Shown: positions 1 through 9,401 of the stretch, piece after piece
How the letters are laid out: every line of letters begins with the position of its first letter
How positions within the stretch are numbered: position 1 is the stretch's first letter
Source: a virus
IMG/VR virus record: IMGVR_UViG_3300025684_000016
Location: 10,842 to 74,841 of that record
DNA: 64,000 nt
Direction: 5' to 3' (one strand)
The notes under the pieces: generated by a model
Told to the model about the DNA's origin: nothing
Databases searched by the model: none
Seen by the model: only the letters and a program-made list of their open reading frames with translations
Position numbers and translations under genes: made by a program

Positions 1-1051
1 CAGCGTCATCCTGAAGACTGTCTCCGTCAGCCGCAAATGAAATTCTATTTACTGTTAATGGAGTTCCATTATTATCTACTAAGGTTTCACCTTGTACCCT
101 TGAGTCTAACGTGTCTTGTACTAATTTGTTACTCCCATCTAAACCAATAAAGATTGTTGTATCTCCGTCAGGAACATTTGATAGTTCAATATATCCTGAA
201 TTTACAGTAATTGTATCTGAACTTGCATCACCTAAGGTAATGTTACCTTTTAAGTCTGTAGTTCCTGATACTGTTAGGTCACCTGGTAGTGCCAAACTGT
301 TTACGGCTAACCCACCTTCAAGTTCTAAATCTTGAATGTGTGCCGTCCCACTTACGTATAATTCTCTCCATGCTTTAGTTGTAGAACCTAAGTCATATGT
401 ATCGTTTACGTCGGGTATGAATGAAGATGCTATATCCGCACCGAACGAAACAAAGTCTGATGATGAATCACCAACAGTAATATTTCCACCTAAGTTTATA
501 TTACCCGCAATGTCGGCATCACCTGTAAGTTTTAAATTAGAACCTGTGATTTCACCCGAAATAAGTTTACCAACTGTTGCCGTAGATGTAACACCTAAAG
601 TACCTTCAATAGTTTGGTTTCCCGTTACCGTTACCGTACCACCTGTTATGTTAGTGATAGATGCGTTTGAACCCGTTAAAGATGTAATAGTTACATTGGA
701 AATACTATTCCCTTCCATGTTACCTGTTAAATCAAGTCTTTGATTTCCAACACCATCGTTGTTAAGGATATATAACGACTGATTTCCCGAAGCGTGGAAC
801 GGTGTTCCGTCCAGAATTGATCCGTAAGTACCAGCGGCTATAGTTGGTGCCGTAGTACCTCCATAGATTTTTGATGTAGGTTTAAATGCTCCGGCAACTC
901 CTTCGTCAGAAGAAACTGGGGAACCAATGAATACGAAAGGTCCCGACAAATCTGAGATAGATCCCGAAGCAACAAGGATTTCCCCATTACGTGTCGTCGT
1001 CGTCTTTAGACTATCAATCGATCCTCTCCTGTGTTTAATAATTTGAGCCAT
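1..1051 (-). CDS. Tail fibre-like structural protein, 5' part only (runs off the window start; not in the ORF track)
   Basis: ATG at 1051 reads MAQIIKHRRGSIDSLKTTTTRNGEILVASGS... and appears open to position 1. Gly/Ser/Thr-rich beta-strand sequence with a DTYDLGSTTKAWRELYVSG motif typical of phage fibres. TATTTATA motif upstream. Confidence 0.75.
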   Translation of the reverse strand, partial: MAQIIKHRRGSIDSLKTTTTRNGEILVASGSISDLSGPFVFIGSPVSSDEGVAGAFKPTSKIYGGTTAPTIAAGTYGSILDGTPFHASGNQSLYILNNDGVGNQRLDLTGNMEGNSISNVTITSLTGSNASITNITGGTVTVTGNQTIEGTLGVTSTATVGKLISGEITGSNLKLTGDADIAGNINLGGNITVGDSSSDFVSFGADIASSFIPDVNDTYDLGSTTKAWRELYVSGTAHIQDLELEGGLAVNSLALPGDLTVSGTTDLKGNITLGDASSDTITVNSGYIELSNVPDGDTTIFIGLDGSNKLVQDTLDSRVQGETLVDNNGTPLTVNRISFAADGDSLQDDA

Positions 1052-1081
1052 CTGTTTTTTTATTTAAAGTTTTAATTTTAT

Positions 1082-1089
1082 TATAAATA
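1082..1089 (-). promoter_or_regulatory. Putative late promoter motif TATTTATA
   Basis: 30 nt upstream of ATG 1051; the same motif recurs before many structural genes. Confidence 0.6.
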
Positions 1090-1098
1090 TCATCGTAA

Positions 1099-2307
1099 TT
1101 AGAAACCACCTAAATCCATGACACTATTATTCGATCTATCACCTATATTTCCTAAATTTTCAATATTAAGTGATGCTGATCTTATTTGATTATCTATTTG
1201 GTTCTTTAATATACTCATTGCTCCTGAAACAATTAAAGAGTCGTCACCTATGTTTTGAGACTGTAATATTGTTTGTCCCTCAACCTTAAGATCACCTCTA
1301 ATTATAACAGAACCTGTCACTTCTAAGTCTGAAGTTGCTGACCAATGTGATCCCGAGTTACCCCATATAAGGTCTTCTCTCCTCGCAATTGGTAATTCCG
1401 AACCCTGTGGTCCCGCAATCCATTCATCGTTCACTGTGTCCCATAAGAGAGACCCTGACACTAAGTTTGGAGCTGAAGTATCTTTTATACTAATACCACC
1501 GAAATTAGACTCATTACCATTTAATTCAATTATATTATCATTAACAACTACTGTTTCGGATAATGACGACGTAAAACTACCATGGACCGTAAAATCACCA
1601 CCAAGACTTAAAGACCCTGTGATCTGTAAATCATTTGTTGTTGAATAGAAGGAACCTGTTGGTTTAAAAATGTCCTGAATACTATCAGGATTACTACTGT
1701 CAAGTTGCTCACTTAATGTTCTACCAACATATTGGTAAGCACTTAAATAAACGTATCTGTTTGAAGATGGTGTACCACTTTTAAATTGTACAACACCCGT
1801 CTTAAAGTCAAACGAGTAAGTTGATGGTTGAACTAAATCACTTGGTGATGGTGATGATGAATTTGTTGAAACATATAATTTAACACCGTAACCCGCAGTA
1901 CCATCTTCAACTGTTGAGTTAGATAATGAGGAATCAGAATACTTTGGTGATATAAAATTAATCTCTTGGTTTGAGTCAATTAACTGAGCACCGATTCCGT
2001 TATCAACACCTACTGGGTTCAAAAAGAACCACACTTCATTGTTTAAATCTGATTTGGTTAGTTTATGTCTAAACCAATATTTCAACACATTGAATCCTGT
2101 TGTAGGATCCGCATATACACTTAAATGGTCACCCGAACTATTAAAAGGTAAGTTGTTGGATGGGATAAGTCCCTGATCCACATAAATCTCATTACTATTC
2201 AAATCAAGTACGGACGTGAATGATTCTTGAGAATCACTTAAGTTGTTGTGAGTGTATCTCCTACCTTGTAGGAACCTGGAGGATTTTAAATTACTATCGT
2301 ATGCCAT
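1099..2307 (-). CDS. Virion structural / tail-fibre-associated protein (402 aa)
   Basis: Long ORF. Shares a module (DNIIELNG..GG..IKD...PNLVSGSLLWDT.ND.WI.G..GSE) and TGS.Y....LQI.GS repeats with the adjacent 1104-aa protein. Confidence 0.65.
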   Translation of the reverse strand: MAYDSNLKSSRFLQGRRYTHNNLSDSQESFTSVLDLNSNEIYVDQGLIPSNNLPFNSSGDHLSVYADPTTGFNVLKYWFRHKLTKSDLNNEVWFFLNPVGVDNGIGAQLIDSNQEINFISPKYSDSSLSNSTVEDGTAGYGVKLYVSTNSSSPSPSDLVQPSTYSFDFKTGVVQFKSGTPSSNRYVYLSAYQYVGRTLSEQLDSSNPDSIQDIFKPTGSFYSTTNDLQITGSLSLGGDFTVHGSFTSSLSETVVVNDNIIELNGNESNFGGISIKDTSAPNLVSGSLLWDTVNDEWIAGPQGSELPIARREDLIWGNSGSHWSATSDLEVTGSVIIRGDLKVEGQTILQSQNIGDDSLIVSGAMSILKNQIDNQIRSASLNIENLGNIGDRSNNSVMDLGGF

Positions 2308-2312
2308 TTTTT

Positions 2313-5300
2313 TTAATTAAAACTTACACTTATACTTGTTAATGGTGTTGGATCTCCTTGGTATCTCACTAATACCAATATCTCATCGTATGTTGCATTT
2401 AAGAACATACCATCTGAGTTTCTTATCGGTAGTGTCCAAGAACCACCAGAACCCGAACCACCCGTATTACCGTAGAGATCAATATCACTACCAAATGGAT
2501 TCGTACCGTCACCATTTGCGTTTATACTATAAATAAAATTTGATAGTGTCTTTGTTGGGTCGTAGAATCGTGGATTTGAATAAACATTTGTTGATGATGA
2601 TTCAAACATAATAAGAACCGAAACTTTATTATTATTTTCTATATCATCCCAATTCGTCAACGAGTTACCACCACAATTAATTGACATACTTGTCTTAGTT
2701 CCTGAAGTGGAGAATTTTCTAACGTAGTATTTGAAGTTACTATCACTATTTGGATTAGGTAACCAATATCCGTTGTTACCACCCGGTTTAACTAAACGGT
2801 TAGGTCTAACTTGTAAGTCTTTAGGACCCATAATATTATATTCACCGTACGAATTGTCCCACGAATCTTCACCGAAAGAAAGTAAACTATCGGTTAGTTT
2901 TAGTCTTCTACCTTCACCACTGAAATTCTCAGATGTGTTAGACGAACCATCATATGTTTGTGATCTACCATAATAATGTAAACTACCACTTGATGCTGGT
3001 TGACCAAAGGTTCCTGAGGTGTGTACGGATCTACTTTCAGAATCTGATCTACTTCCACCGAATCCAGTTCCATTTATTGAAACCGATTGGTTAGCTGAGG
3101 TACCATACGAATTACCAGCACTCCAACTCAAACCTGAATTAAGTTTTATTTTATCATTAATGTGTGGAATCGTACCATTAGTTCTAAGATCTGTAAATGT
3201 TTCATCGTAAAAAACACCGTTTGTTGATATTCTACCGTTAGAAACACTTGCACTTCTTTGACCACTATTACCTGACATTGAACCGTGTGTACCGTTTTGG
3301 TACAACTTATTAAATGTACCCCCAATGGACCCACTTGCATTAAACGTTGCCGTTTGTAAGTATGGTGCCCCACTTAAAGATCTTGATGTTGCGGTTAATT
3401 GTTCCATAGAATCAATATTTGCCGAAACACCTAAATTAGTTGACCCTATACCACTTTCAATTGTCGGCATTGGTCCATATAGTATCTCAGTATTACTCTC
3501 TATTGGTGTAGTAAAATCACTTGACCCACTTGCTATAGATATCGAACTTGATATATGGTAATACCCAATATCGTCTATAGTATTACCAGCATTTAGTATT
3601 GTTGGGTTAAATACGTTCGAATATTTACCATCTTGGTAACCAGCAGGGATTAATTCAGGATTTGCAGATTCAATTCTACCAAGAGTAACTCCGTTGGTAG
3701 TTCCTGCGCCTGATTGTGTTATTAAATGATTAGAACTCGATTCTTCTAATAAAACCCTGTTATGATCAAACTTTTTAAATGTAAAAGAACCCGAAACTTT
3801 AAACGTTGTAGGTGTACCACTACTTAATCTACCTAAACCAAATAAATTACCATCGTTTGACGATCGAACACTCGTTGAACCACCATATCTACTTGTAAAT
3901 GAGTGTCTATAGTTACTATTTGTATAAAAAGTACCAAATGATCCTAATATTGTTCCACCAATAGACGCAAAACCCGCGTCAACTAACTCAAGTAATGTTG
4001 TATTTGTCGTTCCTGAAGGAAGATATCCGTTAATACCTGAATCTGTCGATGTATTGAATGTGTTTTTGGTATATCCGTTATAATATTTTGTATTTGGTGA
4101 TGCATCAGGTGCTGATGAGGATAATAACCCCGCCATGAACCTAATAATCTCCGAAACGTCTGTGTTTTCGTTAAAATTATTAAAATACGAACCATTCATG
4201 GTTCCCCACTCATTTGAGGTTGGTTGTCCCACGTTAATATTTTCAGCATGTAGTGATTTATGAACTCTAACACCGTATTTACCAGTGATTGAACCATCAG
4301 GTGAATCTAATCCACTACCTGATATTTGTAGATTCTCCGCAGTTCCATAATACGATCCTGTTTGTTGGAATATGTTACTTGCTCCAATATCTATCTGAGC
4401 TTGTTCAATTGCATCACTTAAAGATGACGAAACATCGTCTAATTCTTGATCTGTTGCGTAAGTATCATCTAAAGAACTACTAAAAAGTTCTAACCCGTCA
4501 ATCCTTGTTTCATGATCAGACCCTGTCGTTTCTAATTCGACTAACCTACCATCATGTAATGTGAATGTGGAATCAACCGATTGTGATAATTCGTTTATCG
4601 AAGATGATAATGACGATGATAAATCAGTTAGGTCATTATTAACCTGATCAAAAGATGAGGATACTGACTGTGATAAATCATTTATTGATGATGATAATGA
4701 AGACGATAATTCACTTATTGATCCTGATAATGAAGACGATAAATCTGTTAATTGTTGGTCTGTCGCAAATGTCGCATCTAATGAAGAACTAAATAACTCT
4801 AAGTCAACCAACCTACCGTCATGTAGGGTAAACGTAGAGTCGACAGATGAAGATAATTCGTTTATTGATGATGATAATGATGAGGATAAATCTGTTAAAT
4901 CCGTATTGACTTGGTCAAACGACGACGACACTGATTGTGATAAATCATTAATCGATGACGATATTGAAGACGATAAGTCACTAATAAACTCACTGTTTTC
5001 GTTAAAGGATGATGAAACAGATTGGGATAATTCATTAATTGACGAAGATATAGAAGATGATAAATCACTAATAAACTCACTGTTTTCGTTAAAAGACGAG
5101 GATACTGATTGGGATAATTCATTAATTGATGAGGATAGTGATGATGAAAGTGTTGTTAATTCACTCTCAACCACTAAATTCTCTTCACTCCCTAATTGAC
5201 CACCGATCCATCTATCGTTTGTCGTGTCCCATAATAATGAACCTGAAACAAGATTTGGACTTGTTGGGTCTTTTATTAATAATCCACCATATTTTTCTTC

Positions 5301-5627
5301 ACTACCATTTAATTCAATGATATTATCATCTAATATCACCGTTTCCGATTTAACTGATGTAAAAGTACCTAAAACATTAAGACCCCCTTTAACGGTTAAG
5401 TTTGAACCCGTAAACTCCAATGAGTTGGAGACAGACCCTGTAAATGAATTAAGACCCTCAAGACTAAATTTTACATCTAATGATTCAGAAATATTAGTCC
5501 CACCTATCACTAAATTGTCCGCGTAAACGGATCCCAAAGAAGATGATGGGTTACCTAATGTAATATTAGATCCCGATACAACATTTTCAGTTGCAATTTG
5601 TTCCCAGTATATTTGTTGTAAAGCCAT
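2313..5627 (-). CDS. Tail-fibre-like structural protein with Ser-rich coiled-coil stalk (1104 aa)
   Basis: N-terminal fibre module, LSSS(L/I)SSSIN(E/D)LSQSVSSSF helical repeats, Gly/Ser/Asn-rich beta C-terminus. Confidence 0.7.
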   Translation of the reverse strand: MALQQIYWEQIATENVVSGSNITLGNPSSSLGSVYADNLVIGGTNISESLDVKFSLEGLNSFTGSVSNSLEFTGSNLTVKGGLNVLGTFTSVKSETVILDDNIIELNGSEEKYGGLLIKDPTSPNLVSGSLLWDTTNDRWIGGQLGSEENLVVESELTTLSSSLSSSINELSQSVSSSFNENSEFISDLSSSISSSINELSQSVSSSFNENSEFISDLSSSISSSINDLSQSVSSSFDQVNTDLTDLSSSLSSSINELSSSVDSTFTLHDGRLVDLELFSSSLDATFATDQQLTDLSSSLSGSISELSSSLSSSINDLSQSVSSSFDQVNNDLTDLSSSLSSSINELSQSVDSTFTLHDGRLVELETTGSDHETRIDGLELFSSSLDDTYATDQELDDVSSSLSDAIEQAQIDIGASNIFQQTGSYYGTAENLQISGSGLDSPDGSITGKYGVRVHKSLHAENINVGQPTSNEWGTMNGSYFNNFNENTDVSEIIRFMAGLLSSSAPDASPNTKYYNGYTKNTFNTSTDSGINGYLPSGTTNTTLLELVDAGFASIGGTILGSFGTFYTNSNYRHSFTSRYGGSTSVRSSNDGNLFGLGRLSSGTPTTFKVSGSFTFKKFDHNRVLLEESSSNHLITQSGAGTTNGVTLGRIESANPELIPAGYQDGKYSNVFNPTILNAGNTIDDIGYYHISSSISIASGSSDFTTPIESNTEILYGPMPTIESGIGSTNLGVSANIDSMEQLTATSRSLSGAPYLQTATFNASGSIGGTFNKLYQNGTHGSMSGNSGQRSASVSNGRISTNGVFYDETFTDLRTNGTIPHINDKIKLNSGLSWSAGNSYGTSANQSVSINGTGFGGSRSDSESRSVHTSGTFGQPASSGSLHYYGRSQTYDGSSNTSENFSGEGRRLKLTDSLLSFGEDSWDNSYGEYNIMGPKDLQVRPNRLVKPGGNNGYWLPNPNSDSNFKYYVRKFSTSGTKTSMSINCGGNSLTNWDDIENNNKVSVLIMFESSSTNVYSNPRFYDPTKTLSNFIYSINANGDGTNPFGSDIDLYGNTGGSGSGGSWTLPIRNSDGMFLNATYDEILVLVRYQGDPTPLTSISVSFN
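4560..5160 (-). repeat. Intragenic tandem repeats encoding a Ser-rich coiled coil (87-nt/29-aa units plus variants)
   Basis: tcactaataaactcactgttttcgttaaa occurs twice 87 nt apart (~4978 and ~5065). Peptide blocks such as VDSTFTLHDGRLV and SSSFDQVN.DLTDL are duplicated. Confidence 0.85.
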
Positions 5628-5645
5628 CTCTAAAAGTCCTTTTAC

Positions 5646-5652
5646 ATAAATA
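5646..5652 (-). promoter_or_regulatory. Putative late promoter motif TATTTAT
   Basis: 18 nt upstream of ATG 5627 and just downstream of a terminator. Confidence 0.55.
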
Positions 5653-5675
5653 CTTTTGTTTATCTTCTTGAATAC

Positions 5676-5710
5676 AAAAAAGGAAGACTTTTTTTAAAAT
5701 CTCCCTTTTT
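5676..5710 (-). terminator. Intrinsic terminator after glutaredoxin
   Basis: Imperfect hairpin AAAAAGGGAGATTTT...AAAGTCTTCCTTTTTT on the minus strand, ending in a U-tract. Confidence 0.6.
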
Positions 5711-5712
5711 AA

Positions 5713-5976
5713 TCAGATATTATGTAAAATTTGTTCTATAAAGTGGTCCTCATCGTCCACATTTAGACCCGGCATTAATAAAACACCTTTTCTTTTTTCT
5801 TCGTTTCTAAAGAACACAGTTGGTAAAGTGTCCATTTTTGTTTGTTCTATAATTTGACCCCATAAAAATGAGTGTTCGTCAATATCATACTCCTCATATT
5901 GTATATTCTCCTTACTTAATCTTTCTTTTAAGTTTTCACAATGAGAACAACCCTTTAATGTGAAGACACAAACCAC
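5713..5976 (-). CDS. Glutaredoxin/NrdH-like redoxin
   Basis: CSHC active site, TLPTVF cis-Pro motif, 87 aa. Confidence 0.85.
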   Translation of the reverse strand: MVCVFTLKGCSHCENLKERLSKENIQYEEYDIDEHSFLWGQIIEQTKMDTLPTVFFRNEEKRKGVLLMPGLNVDDEDHFIEQILHNI

Positions 5977-6284
5977 TACAACATACTATCTATGACCGTA
6001 GTATAATCACTGTCAGGTTTTGCACCAATACTTTTATTCATTATGGTCTCACCATTGTATATGATTACGGTAGGTACGTTTCTAATACCCAATTCCATAG
6101 CAAAGTCTCCGTGTTCATCAACATTTACCTTAACGAAATGAACGTCAGGGTACTTATCCGATAGTGACTCTAATCGTGGTATTAATGACTTACATGGACC
6201 ACACCATGGTGCCCAAAAATCAACTAATACTTTCTCACCTTTACTTAAAAGGGACTTTACTTCTTGTGTTGTTAAATCTTTCAT
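5976..6284 (-). CDS. trxA: Thioredoxin
   Basis: VDFWAPWCGPCK motif and IRNVPT. Confidence 0.95.
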   Translation of the reverse strand: MKDLTTQEVKSLLSKGEKVLVDFWAPWCGPCKSLIPRLESLSDKYPDVHFVKVNVDEHGDFAMELGIRNVPTVIIYNGETIMNKSIGAKPDSDYTTVIDSML

Positions 6285-6290
6285 TAAATT

Positions 6291-6590
6291 CTATTTTCCT
6301 TGTTTTATTATTTTAACCAAACCTCGTTCATCAATAAATATTTTAGGTTCGTAGAAAGAATCAGGTCTTTTTGATATTTCTATTGCCCTCATTGTTTGTT
6401 TTACTGCTTCAAATTGTGGTAGGTCTAATGTTGGGTCTCCTTTTGTTGAAAAGTTTTTTTGTGCCAACTCTGTGACCATATCAAAAAATTTCTCCTCATT
6501 TAAGTTTTTTAAGAAATAGTTCTTAGCATTTTCGTTTTTCTTAAAGTACCCCCTTAGTTTGTTTATGTATATTATAATCTCAGGATCCAA
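6291..6590 (-). CDS. Hypothetical protein (99 aa)
   Basis: ORF fills the gap within the operon; TTG start. Confidence 0.7.
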   Translation of the reverse strand: MDPEIIIYINKLRGYFKKNENAKNYFLKNLNEEKFFDMVTELAQKNFSTKGDPTLDLPQFEAVKQTMRAIEISKRPDSFYEPKIFIDERGLVKIIKQGK

Positions 6591-6613
6591 CGTTATTTTG
6601 TGTTAAACATAGA

Positions 6614-7522
6614 TTATGAGTAATCTCCCTCACCAAAAAGTGTTAGTTGTTGACCAATCACGTGGTTCGGGGTACCATAATTCATTATCAGGAGTTCCAT
6701 TCCATCGTTTTGTGTTCCATCTTTTTTAGCTGCCGCTGATTTCTTGAATGCCTTCTCCTCCCATTTATATTCTGTTAGTGGGAACCATTCACGTAAAAGT
6801 GGGAAGTCGTAATAAGATAAACTAAATTTACCTTTGATATTCTGTAAACAATTCGCTAACCTTTCATGATCTAATCGATCAAAGTCGTGATTAGAATAAT
6901 AGTTTTCTGTTTTCCAATACGGTGGATCCACGTAAAAATATGTTGTAGGTGAATCATATTTACAAATCACCTCACTAAAATCTTCATTCTCAACAAAGGT
7001 TATCTTGTCGAAATGTTCTCTGAATTTAGGATTCTTTAACTTATCCATAAATATTAAAACCTTACAACGGTACTTACCTTTATAATCTGTGTAGTTAGAT
7101 GATTCAGGTTTTGATCCTGAAAATATCTGTGTTAGAACATAAACGTATTTACCCGCAGCGTCGTAATTAGGTTCATCACCAATTACATAATCGGGGTGAA
7201 ATACCTCCTCTTGACATGTATTAAAGAATTCCCTACATTTTGGTGGTGTAATCTCTTGACCAACCACTTGTATATATTCACTGTATTTGTCCAATTCGTC
7301 CCACATCTTATCATAGTCTAAGGAACATTTAATTAGGTTTGCATTTAACCCATTAAAGTCATTGTAAACGACAGTATTAAGATTTGGGTACTCTTTTAAA
7401 TCCATGTTGAAAAAGACCCAAAACATCCCTGAGAATGTCTCCACATATGTTTCAATATCTTTCGGTATAAATGGGACAATCCATTTCCCAATACGTGCTT
7501 TTCCTCCAATGTAACTTATCAT
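6614..7522 (-). CDS. DNA adenine methyltransferase (Dam/D12 class)
   Basis: N-terminal YIGGK, ETFSG (SAM-binding motif I variant), catalytic DPPY, C-terminal ELLIMNY. Confidence 0.92.
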   Translation of the reverse strand: MISYIGGKARIGKWIVPFIPKDIETYVETFSGMFWVFFNMDLKEYPNLNTVVYNDFNGLNANLIKCSLDYDKMWDELDKYSEYIQVVGQEITPPKCREFFNTCQEEVFHPDYVIGDEPNYDAAGKYVYVLTQIFSGSKPESSNYTDYKGKYRCKVLIFMDKLKNPKFREHFDKITFVENEDFSEVICKYDSPTTYFYVDPPYWKTENYYSNHDFDRLDHERLANCLQNIKGKFSLSYYDFPLLREWFPLTEYKWEEKAFKKSAAAKKDGTQNDGMELLIMNYGTPNHVIGQQLTLFGEGDYS

Positions 7523-7550
7523 TTGCTTCTTATTAGATGTTCTTGTATAA

Positions 7551-7618
7551 AATATAACTAAAATAAGTCACGTTATCAACCCCCCACTCTTGATTATTGG
7601 ATAATTATTATATATATT
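7551..7618. promoter_or_regulatory. Back-to-back divergent sigma70-like promoters
   Basis: Minus strand: TTGATA(7579-7574)-17-TATATT(7556-7551). Plus strand: TTGATT(7590-7595)-17-TATATT(7613-7618). Confidence 0.7.
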
Positions 7619-7623
7619 TAATT

Positions 7624-7785
7624 ATGGCGTGTAGTAAATGTAAAAAACAAAAACAGAGGGAAGAGGTTTTAGCTGAAGTAGCAAAGGTAGAACGACCAAT
7701 TAAGATATTCCTTGTTGTCGTTTTTGGTTTAGGTATGTGGGGGTTAGTATCTTTAATTGGGTACGTAGTCAACTTGTTTGGTTAA
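7624..7785 (+). CDS. Small membrane protein with N-terminal CxxC (MACSKCKK..., 53 aa)
   Basis: ATG 5 nt after the -10 box, one hydrophobic helix, stop overlaps the next ATG (TAATG). Confidence 0.7.
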   Translation: MACSKCKKQKQREEVLAEVAKVERPIKIFLVVVFGLGMWGLVSLIGYVVNLFG

Positions 7786-8429
7786 TGAAGAAACGGAAGT
7801 ATAAAATAATACTATTCTGTAATCAAAAGAGAAAAAAACTCATCTACCAAACAATTAGTTTACCAGCAATAAGAGATTTGTGGTATGAACTAAAAACTGA
7901 AAAAAAACCTCGTTATGTAAAAGAGTTTGGTGGTAAGAGGAATTTAAGTCTCTCATACGAACTTGCACTAATTTATCCTGATAATCGTTGGGCTAAATCT
8001 AAAACAATTACTAAACGAGACGAAATTGGAAGATTGATAAACGTCAGTGCCAGTGAAAAGGGGTATAGAATGAAAGAACTCATTCCTTATTGGGAAGAAG
8101 AAAAAGTTTATGATCATGACAATAAGAAAAGAATTCGTTACCATGAACTTCTAAAGATATTTGACAAAGTCGATGAAATTGCACAAATTTTCACATTAAA
8201 TAATAAGATATTTCTTCAGATTGAAAATGAAGTCAGGATGTTTGGTAATAAGAACCTAAGTGATTCTGAAAGACTATTCAACATTTTAAAGGAAGATCTT
8301 CTCGATAAGAGAAAGGGTAATTTTATATTTGTTAAAGATGTAACAACCACACAAAGAAAAAACCTTTATCCTCTATTAGAGAAAAAAGGTTATAAAAGAA
8401 CTGATTTATTTAGACATTACTCTTACTAA
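7785..8429 (+). CDS. Basic hypothetical protein (likely start MKKRKYK at 7785)
   Basis: Long plus-strand ORF, coupled by TAATG to the preceding gene. Confidence 0.75.
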   Translation: MKKRKYKIILFCNQKRKKLIYQTISLPAIRDLWYELKTEKKPRYVKEFGGKRNLSLSYELALIYPDNRWAKSKTITKRDEIGRLINVSASEKGYRMKELIPYWEEEKVYDHDNKKRIRYHELLKIFDKVDEIAQIFTLNNKIFLQIENEVRMFGNKNLSDSERLFNILKEDLLDKRKGNFIFVKDVTTTQRKNLYPLLEKKGYKRTDLFRHYSY

Positions 8430-8658
8430 AGACATATATACATTCTCCAATACCAACAGAGAATACTTCACCCTCATCATCTATCTTATCATTATACTTA
8501 GTTTTAAGGTAATCTCTCACTCGATCATACTCTTCAACATCAAGTTCAAATAGTAACGTAGGTTTCTTAACCTCTAAATTCATCTTTTCAGTTAAATCCG
8601 CAATTATCGCTAATTGGTTTAATAGGTCACCTTTTTTTTCTTTATTGTCTCCCATCAC
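8410..8658 (-). CDS. Hypothetical protein (82 aa)
   Basis: Start overlaps the stop of the upstream 71-aa ORF; converges on the plus-strand gene. Confidence 0.7.
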   Translation of the reverse strand: MMGDNKEKKGDLLNQLAIIADLTEKMNLEVKKPTLLFELDVEEYDRVRDYLKTKYNDKIDDEGEVFSVGIGECIYVFSKSNV

Positions 8659-8870
8659 ATACCCAATATTTTACCCACCCTAAGTAAGAGTATTTTTAGT
8701 TTACTTTTTTTCTTTATCGTTGGTGGGATGAATATATCCTCCTTCTTCGTCTTCAGTAGTTCCTGAATCATCTTCTTCTTGTGTGTCTCCACCAGTAGTT
8801 GATCCTTCTGCACTTCCTTCTCCAACCAAGCTAAGTCCTTCGTTTTCGATTTCTTTATCATTCTTTTCAA
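8655..8870 (-). CDS. Small basic helical protein overlapping the previous gene's 3' end
   Basis: Protein-like amphipathic sequence; stop coupled to the next start; bridges the 8659-8700 gap. Confidence 0.55.
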   Translation of the reverse strand: MKRMIKKSKTKDLAWLEKEVQKDQLLVETHKKKMIQELLKTKKEDIFIPPTIKKKSKLKILLLRVGKILGM

Positions 8871-9219
8871 ATTTTAAACTGTGTAATTCATCTAATCCTG
8901 TTCTTTCAAAAACTTCTCTCAACTCCCTCACTTTCTCATCAAACAGTTTACGTTTTTGTTCTTCCTCAAGGTTTTTAATCACGACTTCATTCGCACATTG
9001 GAATGCAGTGTCAAAACCATCTTCGTTAGCAATAGCAACAAAAGAGACTAAAACACTCTTATCGTTCTTGTCTTGTATTTTCACTTCTAATGTTTTATAG
9101 ACTTGTACTATTTTTTCGTACTTCCACGTTACGGGTAGTTTTAGATCTAAACTAACGTTGCTCTTTATTTCTCTCAATGAGAAGAAATATGGTTGTAATG
9201 GTTTTATATTTTTGTACAC
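8701..9219 (-). CDS. Hypothetical protein with acidic tail (172 aa)
   Basis: ORF within the operon, GTG start. Confidence 0.75.
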   Translation of the reverse strand: MYKNIKPLQPYFFSLREIKSNVSLDLKLPVTWKYEKIVQVYKTLEVKIQDKNDKSVLVSFVAIANEDGFDTAFQCANEVVIKNLEEEQKRKLFDEKVRELREVFERTGLDELHSLKFEKNDKEIENEGLSLVGEGSAEGSTTGGDTQEEDDSGTTEDEEGGYIHPTNDKEKK

Positions 9220-9221
9220 TA

Positions 9222-9401
9222 TTATATGATTATATATGTTATTATGTATGATATTGAAATGTAAATAAACACTCTTTCATACTTATTTATTTCTAATGGG
9301 TTAGGTGTTGTTTGTAGTAGTTTAACCCCAAACTCACCAATGAATCTAAGTATATAGACTGTACTTAGAACCAATACGAATAGTTCTATGTTATCTATCA
9401 T
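9222..9401 (-). CDS. Small two-TM membrane protein (59 aa, below the ORF-track cutoff)
   Basis: MIDNIELFVLVLSTVYILRFIGEFGVKLLQTTPNPLEINKYERVFIYISISYIITYIII*; exactly fills the gap between its neighbours. Confidence 0.75.
   Translation of the reverse strand: MIDNIELFVLVLSTVYILRFIGEFGVKLLQTTPNPLEINKYERVFIYISISYIITYIII

Noticed and set aside
111-5526. Numerous short plus-strand and alternative-frame ORFs here and throughout the window
   Set aside because: They lie fully within longer, motif-bearing minus-strand genes and show no independent signals.
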